From a virus (taxonomy: Duplodnaviria; Caudoviricetes), in IMG/VR virus record IMGVR_UViG_3300025508_000088, positions 1-32,536 of that record: 32,536 nucleotides of DNA; one strand, written 5' to 3'. The translations under genes and the position numbers were made by a program. The notes under the pieces were generated by a model. It did no database searches and had not been told where the DNA came from. It saw only the letters and a program-made list of their open reading frames with translations. Positions within the stretch are counted from its first letter, which is position 1; every line of letters starts with the position of its first letter. This document shows, in pieces, positions 24,348-32,536 of this stretch.

Positions 24348-25409
24348 TTAACCTCCTAAAAGTGCTTCATAAGCCGCTAGAGCTTCAGGGTTGGACGAAA
24401 AAGCACCTTGCTGTTTGGCGAAGTTAGTAAAAAAATCACCTGCTGAAGACGTTGTGGTAGGCGCTGCGGCAGCTTGCTCACCCTTTAGTAGATCAAACAA
24501 ACCTTGGAACTGCTGCTGACGTAACGCTGCCGCAAGACCTTCAAAGCCTAGCTGCGCTTCTAGTCCTGACTCTGCTAGTCCTGCTCCTGTAGTTAAACCT
24601 GTTGCGCGAAGGGCTTGGCTAGTTCTAAATGCATCTAGCGCAGGGTTAAGATTTGCAAGAAGTTGGTTCTGTCCTTGGTAGGCAGCAGGTAAAGATTGTA
24701 GACCTAGCTGACCTAACAAATCAAACCGATTGCGTGTTTCACCTAGTCCTGCCAGTGTTTGCTGTGAGGTCAAGGCTTGCTCTGCGCGAGCCTGTTCCAT
24801 AGCTGTTAATGCAGAGCCCGCTTGTTGCTCCTGTATAGCCTTTTCAAGGGCTAACTGCTCTGGTGTGCCACCAAACATACCTGTGCGAACACCTGTCCTT
24901 CCTTGACCAAATAGACGCTCCTCGAGCGCAAGGCGCTGACGCTCCTGCTCAGGTGCTTGCAGGGCTGTGAGGTTGCCCATGATTTCCTGCTCTCGCGCAG
25001 CCCTTTGCGTAGGGTCTTGCGTAAGCATGCCGATAATCTGGCCTTGCTCTTGTTCTCTTGCAGCAGGGTCATCTAAAAACCCAAATGCTCTACTGCCAAA
25101 ACCTAGCATTCGCTCTTGTAGAGCCTGCTCGGTAGGGCTAAGGCTAGTATCTAGGTTTCCGGTAGAGCTAAAGCCTGCTCGCGAACCTGTAGCTGTAGTA
25201 ACACCAAAAGGTTTAAATGTAGACTGACGATCTATCTCGCCAATTAAACCACCTTGAGGCACTGTATAGTTTTGCCCGTAGATAGCCGTAGAAGCATCGT
25301 CACTAAGACCTTGTATATCTTTGATTGCTTCGTTTTGTGCAGCAAAACCACCCAATCCCGCGAGGAGGTTGCCTGTTTGACTGCCAATTAAATTATCATA
25401 CCAAGCCAT
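24348..25409 (-). CDS. Internal virion (ejection/pilot) protein
   Basis: 353 aa, Gly/Ala/Gln-rich, N-terminal LLAGLGGFAA; expected syntenic position. Confidence 0.65.
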   Translation of the reverse strand: MAWYDNLIGSQTGNLLAGLGGFAAQNEAIKDIQGLSDDASTAIYGQNYTVPQGGLIGEIDRQSTFKPFGVTTATGSRAGFSSTGNLDTSLSPTEQALQERMLGFGSRAFGFLDDPAAREQEQGQIIGMLTQDPTQRAAREQEIMGNLTALQAPEQERQRLALEERLFGQGRTGVRTGMFGGTPEQLALEKAIQEQQAGSALTAMEQARAEQALTSQQTLAGLGETRNRFDLLGQLGLQSLPAAYQGQNQLLANLNPALDAFRTSQALRATGLTTGAGLAESGLEAQLGFEGLAAALRQQQFQGLFDLLKGEQAAAAPTTTSSAGDFFTNFAKQQGAFSSNPEALAAYEALLGG

Positions 25410-25642
25410 TAGTAAGTACCTCCATCAATAGTATCAAATGTGGACGTACCACTAACCACTAGGTTGGCTGCGGTGACCGTTCCTGTAAATGTAGGAGACT
25501 CAGAGTTTGATTTGCTATTTACTGCTACAGCAATTGCATCGTACTCAGCCCCCACCTCAGTGCCTTTGATTACTTTAGCGGGATTACCACTAACCAAAGC
25601 ATCCTTAGCTGCGAAGTTCGTTATCTTCGTGTAGTTAGACAT
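25409..25642 (-). CDS. Small tail structural protein (needle/short fibre-like)
   Basis: MSNYTKITNFAAKDAL...EYDAIAVAVNSK..SPTFTG...IDGGTY; TAATG coupling on both sides. Confidence 0.65.
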   Translation of the reverse strand: MSNYTKITNFAAKDALVSGNPAKVIKGTEVGAEYDAIAVAVNSKSNSESPTFTGTVTAANLVVSGTSTFDTIDGGTY

Positions 25643-27171
25643 TACACAATCCTTCCCATTAGGGCTTGAATATTAATTTCTTGCAAGGCAATTGTCTTGC
25701 CATCAACTGTGGTCTCTACGCCAACGGCTACTACTGTACCCTGTCCTGACGTATTGATTTTCTTTCGCGTTATTAGTGCAATAGAGGAAGAGTACTCTGC
25801 CTCGGTGTTAAATTCTGAGATATTGTATTGTCCCACATTCGACTTTGGTAAGGTATACGCTTGCTTCCTGTACGCACCGGAGTAATCGTATGCCCAGTTA
25901 AGTACTACTGTAGCCTCCGCCCCGTCAAAAGTAGTGAGGTTTATCTTCTTTAGGAACTTCAAGTTAGATGTATCGCCAAAGCTAAGAGGGTGACTAAAGT
26001 AGCTAAGAAGATAACTTGTTGTTCCATCTTTAAATCCTATGTATTGAGCGATCCCCGCGCTGTTGCCAATATATAAAGACTCGGTAGAGGTATTAGCAAA
26101 GATTAATGGGTTGATGTGCGACCATGTGGTTGCTCTAAAACTTCCATCCTGTAGAGGGAAGCGAGTATCAAAGCAATATACTACGGCTAACTGTGGGAAG
26201 TTTAGTAACACAAACGCCTCACGAGGCGAGTAGTGCATGCTAATATTCCCAGTTTCTGCCGCGAAGAGAGACTTGATATCGTTGTTGACGTTCTTAGATA
26301 TGTCGCCAATTGGGGCTGACTTCTCTTGAATGGTTCTTGCTAGGCTTCTAACCCCTGAGTCATCAAGGAAAATAAGATCTTTACCTGTAGACACCACTGC
26401 GTCTCGCGACACACAACCCACATTAGAGATGGTATCCGCGAGGGTCATGTTAGCGGGGCTTTCCGCTCCTGAATACAAGACGATAGAGTTCCTGCCAAAT
26501 ATCACTAGGAAGCCGTTGTGAGCCGCTAGAGCAACGATCGTGTCGTACCCTGTAGGCCAGACAGTAGTAATGTCAATCGAGCCTGTAGAGCCTCCTGTCC
26601 AGTGTGAGCCGTTTAATAGGTCAGACCAGTAGATAATAGATTTATTGTCCGCAAAATCTGCGACCCATAAACGACCGAACGCAGCTAGACACTCGTTACC
26701 TTGCGGCGGAGTACCTGTAGCGTGTCCGTGAGCTGACATAGGGTCAAAAACACCAGTGCTATCCTTGTAAAGTAAAGGCTCATATCCACGCTGAAAGAAA
26801 AACATCGAACCGTTAAAGCTGACCATCTTCCAATTGTTATCGGTAATGGTATATCCCGCAGGTGTCAAGTCAGTTAGAGTGGTAGTTCCTGAAAAGACTT
26901 TATTGTTTCCTGCCGAGAAGAAAATAGTATCCCCGTCATTTGCAACAAACTCGCCCATAGACTCAATGCCATCGGATGTGCCTAGTACCGCAGCTCCGTT
27001 AGTAGAGATCATGGTATAACCCTTTCTGGCAGCTATCCTTCCCTCTTTATCAATCACACAGTTATCTGCAACAGCAGCGAAGCTAGGCTCTTGCGCGAGA
27101 GGTGCGTCTTGGGTGTTTATCCCTGCGAATCCCGGAGCTGTGATTGTAATGCTCTGTAGTTGTTGAGCCAT
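25642..27171 (-). CDS. Tail nozzle / tubular protein B (P22 gp10 / T7 gp12-like)
   Basis: 509 aa beta-rich; PGFAGIN, FGRLWV, IYWSD, VGCVS, LIFLDDSGVRSL; follows the adaptor gene. Confidence 0.8.
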   Translation of the reverse strand: MAQQLQSITITAPGFAGINTQDAPLAQEPSFAAVADNCVIDKEGRIAARKGYTMISTNGAAVLGTSDGIESMGEFVANDGDTIFFSAGNNKVFSGTTTLTDLTPAGYTITDNNWKMVSFNGSMFFFQRGYEPLLYKDSTGVFDPMSAHGHATGTPPQGNECLAAFGRLWVADFADNKSIIYWSDLLNGSHWTGGSTGSIDITTVWPTGYDTIVALAAHNGFLVIFGRNSIVLYSGAESPANMTLADTISNVGCVSRDAVVSTGKDLIFLDDSGVRSLARTIQEKSAPIGDISKNVNNDIKSLFAAETGNISMHYSPREAFVLLNFPQLAVVYCFDTRFPLQDGSFRATTWSHINPLIFANTSTESLYIGNSAGIAQYIGFKDGTTSYLLSYFSHPLSFGDTSNLKFLKKINLTTFDGAEATVVLNWAYDYSGAYRKQAYTLPKSNVGQYNISEFNTEAEYSSSIALITRKKINTSGQGTVVAVGVETTVDGKTIALQEINIQALMGRIV

Positions 27172-27819
27172 CTACACCACCCTATATGTTGTTTCTTCTG
27201 GGTAACGGTTAGCGTCTACTGCTATTGCATCTGACAACGCTGACGAAGCTACGGCAAACTGTTCTGCTGCTGACTGACCGCCTGTCTCACCCCTTTCGCG
27301 AAGAGCCATAGCGTAGGCCATCTGTACGACAGGATGATACGGGACTTTAATCTTAGTAGCATCTGTTGTGAGTAGAGCCTGTGGTGCAGCGATGTCAAAG
27401 CGTAGTGTGTACACAGCGTCAGGCTGCGGATACACCCTTACTTTCAAATCATCATTATCATCTACGCCACTTACAACGTAGTCAGTAGGCGAGCCATTTG
27501 CAGGGGTTTGATTAAAGTACAGGTTATCAAAATATGGGATAGTGTTTAGTGTTAAAAATCCCTGACCATTACTGTTAAGTGCTTGTTTAATTACCGCACT
27601 CTGACCCGAGCCCGTAAGAGAATACTCTGGCTGACCCACCACAGTGGAAACTTGAATGGTGCTGCGTAGTGCAGAAAAGTTCCACGAATCCTCTACTAGC
27701 TTCTTTGCGTCATTTACTAGGTCGCCTATCAGAGCAGAATACGAAGTCTCATTAGTTGTTGATACTTCATCTTCTCGTAACCTGCGGAGGACGTTGTTAA
27801 TTGCTTCTAAGTATGTCAT
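27172..27819 (-). CDS. Head-tail adaptor / tubular protein A
   Basis: MTYLEAINNVLRRLRE...WNFSAL, VYPQPD motifs. Confidence 0.8.
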   Translation of the reverse strand: MTYLEAINNVLRRLREDEVSTTNETSYSALIGDLVNDAKKLVEDSWNFSALRSTIQVSTVVGQPEYSLTGSGQSAVIKQALNSNGQGFLTLNTIPYFDNLYFNQTPANGSPTDYVVSGVDDNDDLKVRVYPQPDAVYTLRFDIAAPQALLTTDATKIKVPYHPVVQMAYAMALRERGETGGQSAAEQFAVASSALSDAIAVDANRYPEETTYRVV

Positions 27820-29558
<1,739 letters not shown>

Positions 29559-29559
<1 letters not shown>

Positions 29560-29738
29560 TACTCGTCCTCATCTATCAGCAAGTTGTTTGTCAGTGCTGA
29601 CTTATAGGTTTCCATCAACCCTATTAGAATTATAGGGCTTAGCTCTAAGTTTATTTGAGACTCCACCCAGTTGCCTAGCGCTTCCATCGCGTCTTCTATT
29701 TGATGATCTACCTTGGTATCCGGAAAATCTATAATCAT
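29559..29738 (-). CDS. Acidic hypothetical protein, 59 aa (not in ORF track)
   Basis: MIIDFPDTKVDHQIEDAMEALGNWVE...LLIDEDE; TAATG coupling to the collagen gene. Confidence 0.65.
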
Positions 29739-29755
29739 GAGCGTATGTCCAGTTG

Positions 29756-29992
29756 TTAATCACAAAGCTCGGCTAGTTCTTTCCAGTCTGCTGCTGTCCA
29801 GTTGGACGTATCCGTTGCGGCAGGAAGCTCAACGGTAATACCTGATATATTTCCACCAAGTAGACCAGAGCTTGCAGAAGTATTGCCTTTGATACAGGCC
29901 ATTGCGTTGTCGTCAGGAGTAATCTCAAGACTGTTGAGCTGTGTGCAACTTGAAAGCCCAAGCATTATAATTGTACCCAGTATTTTGTTCAT
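29756..29992 (-). CDS. Small lipoprotein
   Basis: Signal peptide MNKILGTIIMLG-LSSC with lipobox Cys16; two further Cys residues. Confidence 0.75.
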   Translation of the reverse strand: MNKILGTIIMLGLSSCTQLNSLEITPDDNAMACIKGNTSASSGLLGGNISGITVELPAATDTSNWTAADWKELAELCD

Positions 29993-30000
29993 AAATATCC

Positions 30001-30696
30001 TTAAACAGTTCGTGTAAGAGGTGTTCTCATCTGGCGTAATTCGTTAACACTAATCTGCATGTCATTAAGAATCTGCTTGTAGCTTTTCATCGAATGATCT
30101 GACAACGAATCTCCAAGACCAAAATCTTTTTTAATATAGCCGCGAGGAGGGTTGAATAAAACATGCCCCCAATTATCAAAGTATATTAAATCCTGATTGG
30201 CGTCTGGTGCATAGCCAATCTTAGGCATGCGAGCAACAACGTCACTGCCTGAGACACAAGATATTTGATTCTTGTGGTGCATTCTTTTTTTAGAGCCACG
30301 CACAAATACATTGGGCTTGCCAAAAGTCACGAGCGATACATCATCAAAATCTCTACATGCCCATGCGGATAATTCTGCTAACGCTCCGCCAAGAGAATGA
30401 CCAATAAATACGGTTTTCTTGTATGGGTTTAGGCATCTTCTAATGCGCTTCCACACTGACTTATGCGCTGCTGAGAATCCCGCATGACTCCATCGTTTGT
30501 TGTAGTACGCAGGGATTGCGGTTAGGTTAAATAGCCAATCCGCGAAAGAGTTAGTTCCGCGAAAGACAACGTAATTACATTCTGGAGTAAACTGTATAAA
30601 CGCAACCGTAGACGTTAAACGGTTTTCTATCTTCATAGATGCCGGTATATTGTCCTGATAAGCATCTAGTGCTAGTTGAGCGTACAGTTTTTCCAT
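30001..30696 (-). CDS. Class-3 lipase (alpha/beta hydrolase)
   Basis: VVFRGT, DW, HAGF, GHSLGG nucleophile elbow, VTFGKP, DVVARMP (Asp), DHSMKSY (His): complete triad, no signal peptide. Confidence 0.9.
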   Translation of the reverse strand: MEKLYAQLALDAYQDNIPASMKIENRLTSTVAFIQFTPECNYVVFRGTNSFADWLFNLTAIPAYYNKRWSHAGFSAAHKSVWKRIRRCLNPYKKTVFIGHSLGGALAELSAWACRDFDDVSLVTFGKPNVFVRGSKKRMHHKNQISCVSGSDVVARMPKIGYAPDANQDLIYFDNWGHVLFNPPRGYIKKDFGLGDSLSDHSMKSYKQILNDMQISVNELRQMRTPLTRTV

Positions 30697-30698
30697 AA

Positions 30699-30950
30699 TT
30701 ATCCTGCAAACCTAACTGCTGCGCCGATTGCCGCTGCTAACACTAGCCAGACTATGCGTTCGGCTGATTTACCCTTAATGACGCTTTCGGATAAACGATC
30801 TACCTTCTCATCCATCGCGTCTACTTTTGACTCTATATGGGACTGCCGATTAAACACAGTAACAAGTCTTTCCTCAACACGCGCCAATGACACGATAGCT
30901 TCTTGAAGTGTGTCAATTTTCTTCTCTACTCTGCTCAATCGGTCTTCCAT
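30699..30950 (-). CDS. Holin-like / XhlA-like coiled-coil protein with C-terminal TM helix
   Basis: RLSRVEKKIDTL...LARVEERL coiled coil, C-terminal IVWLVLAAAIGAAV; GGAG RBS. Confidence 0.55.
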   Translation of the reverse strand: MEDRLSRVEKKIDTLQEAIVSLARVEERLVTVFNRQSHIESKVDAMDEKVDRLSESVIKGKSAERIVWLVLAAAIGAAVRFAG

Positions 30951-30959
30951 CTTACTCTC

Positions 30960-32147
30960 CTACAGCGTTAAATCAGGAGTCTTAACAGAGTCCCGTAATT
31001 GGTATACATGGCGTATAGCTTCACCACCTTCGCGGTGAAAGACTATCTGAGTCATAACACTTGACGCTCCGTAACCTGCTCCTGCGTGCCAAGAGTCGGG
31101 TGGTGCTAATGTTCCGAAAGTTTCTACAAACACCCCGTTGTCAGTCTCTAAGACGTTCTGGTGATGGACATGACCTACTATCCACTTGCGGTAATTTGTA
31201 GATGACCACTGAGTAGGTAGCATCTTGGGTAGGATAGCTCCTAACTTTGCTGCTTTAACCTTATCTCCGTGGTGTACTGCTATTAGATTCTGACCAAACT
31301 GTAGAGTATGGAAGAAGCCGTGAGGGTCTAGTATTTTTACCCTTTTCTCTTTTGAGTAGTAAAACTTTAAGATCAACGCGAGGGCGATTGCTGTGTCTGA
31401 ATCGTGGTTACCACGAGCCATAATAACAGTGACGTTCTGATGCTTTGCTAACATCTTATCAATGGCAAACATAAACGTCTGTGCGGCTATCTCTAGTACC
31501 ACTTCAATTCTAGTGTCTACGTCTAGCTTAGTTCCTGCAAACGTAGTTCCGCCTGATCCGTTAGCGTGAATAAAGTCACCGACATTCACAAGCAATGCTT
31601 GAGTTGACGCGGGAGAGGAATCGACTAAGTAATCAATTGCATCTAACATATCGCTAGAGGCTATCTTGGTGTCGTAATCCCTAGACTTAGTTTCCCTCGC
31701 GTCAGCCCTCATCCCGAAGTGTGCGTCACCTATTACTATGGTAGGTAGTAGGTCATCAGCAAACTTCTTAGCCTTGGGCTTGGCTTTAGGCTTGTACTTG
31801 GGAAGACCTTTAACCAGACCATCAACAAAACCTTGCAGCGCTTTGTCTCGCGCTGCTTCGGTCATTGTCCGCTTAGTCTTTAACCATGCCTTGTTCCCCT
31901 CATCATCAGAAGTGTAAATACTACGACCAATGACTATCTCGCCCTCTGGAACGTGGCGTGTTGCATCCCAGTTTCCAGAGTAACCCGCCGCAGCCGCAGC
32001 GTTTTTAACCGCACCAATGTGGTCGCGAAGTGTAGACGGAGAAACGCCCAAGACACCCGCCGCTTTAGCAACAACCTCACCGCAGTCTTGCCACGCTTTT
32101 ATTGCTTCGCGTTGTCTCTCGGTCTTAGCGTAATCTACAAGGCTCAA
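30960..32147 (-). CDS. Calcineurin-like metallophosphoesterase with N-terminal HTH
   Basis: IGDAHFG, VGDFIH, RGNHD, HHGD, GHVHH (all five motifs); N-terminal VAKAAGVLGVSPSTLRDHI HTH. Confidence 0.85.
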   Translation of the reverse strand: MSLVDYAKTERQREAIKAWQDCGEVVAKAAGVLGVSPSTLRDHIGAVKNAAAAAGYSGNWDATRHVPEGEIVIGRSIYTSDDEGNKAWLKTKRTMTEAARDKALQGFVDGLVKGLPKYKPKAKPKAKKFADDLLPTIVIGDAHFGMRADARETKSRDYDTKIASSDMLDAIDYLVDSSPASTQALLVNVGDFIHANGSGGTTFAGTKLDVDTRIEVVLEIAAQTFMFAIDKMLAKHQNVTVIMARGNHDSDTAIALALILKFYYSKEKRVKILDPHGFFHTLQFGQNLIAVHHGDKVKAAKLGAILPKMLPTQWSSTNYRKWIVGHVHHQNVLETDNGVFVETFGTLAPPDSWHAGAGYGASSVMTQIVFHREGGEAIRHVYQLRDSVKTPDLTL

Positions 32148-32158
32148 GGTTATATCCT

Positions 32159-32380
32159 TTAGTCAATATGTCTTTCAACAGTCTCTAAAGACTCAGTAAG
32201 CATCTTCAAAAAAGAATCTTTCCCCACTTGCAATTGCTGTAACTGGAAGTTCATGTTGCTAATCTTCCTGTCCAGATCGAGACAGTGATTAGTCATAGCA
32301 ATCTGCTCTTCAGTGAATGTAGCTGTGTCGTGTTCAACATCATTAATCGTAATCATCTGAGGCTTGTTGTCTTTTCTCAT
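32159..32380 (-). CDS. Small coiled-coil protein associated with the tail-fibre module
   Basis: Start ATG 32380 after AGGAG; ITINDVEH...FTEEQ...LDLDRKI...LQQLQVG. Confidence 0.7.
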   Translation of the reverse strand: MRKDNKPQMITINDVEHDTATFTEEQIAMTNHCLDLDRKISNMNFQLQQLQVGKDSFLKMLTESLETVERHID

Positions 32381-32396
32381 TAGATTTTCTCCTAAG

Positions 32397-32536
32397 TTAC
32401 CACGGAACACCCGCAGCAGTGACAGGGTTGACCTGCAAATCAATGTTAGCTTGCAGGCTTGCTTCAGTAGCGTCTTTGTCTACTGAGTCGTACACCCACC
32501 CAAGAACAGTCTCTTGAGTAAGATCAGCGTAGGGTA
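32397..32536 (-). CDS. 3' end of a small tail-fibre-associated protein (DUF7936-like), partial
   Basis: ...PYADLTQETVLGWV...IDLQVNPVTAAGVPW*; pattern typical of the gene following marine phage tail fibres. Confidence 0.7.
   Translation of the reverse strand, partial: PYADLTQETVLGWVYDSVDKDATEASLQANIDLQVNPVTAAGVPW

Overview
This window is most of the genome of a small, probably marine, podovirus-type dsDNA phage. A gammaproteobacterial host is inferred from a CTGT-N8-ACAG SOS box and a SutA-like gene. Both window ends fall in the tail-fibre module, so it is probably a circularly permuted, near-complete genome. The minus strand carries the late genes: terminases, portal, scaffold, capsid and tail fibre at 1-9247, and an HTH-metallophosphoesterase, holin-like protein, class-3 lipase, lipoprotein, collagen-like protein, tail adaptor/nozzle and ejection proteins at 20217-32536. 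The plus strand (9807-20220) carries many small early genes, a lambdoid O-like initiator with an internal iteron origin, an SF4 helicase, ERF/exonuclease/SSB recombination genes and nin-like genes. I see no integrase, CI-type repressor, DNA polymerase or RNA polymerase. The most interesting parts are: (i) a divergent control region with a direct-repeat array, a near-perfect LexA box and a sigma-54-type -24/-12 promoter in front of the first early gene; (ii) two short ORFs missing from the ORF track that resemble the host factors SutA (binds RNA polymerase) and YacG (gyrase inhibitor); (iii) a putative lysis cassette with a lipase in the endolysin position, and a lysozyme-like gene between the terminase genes; (iv) apparent window-wide enrichment of CGCGAG/CTCGCG. 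All family calls are by-eye motif recognition; no searches were run.
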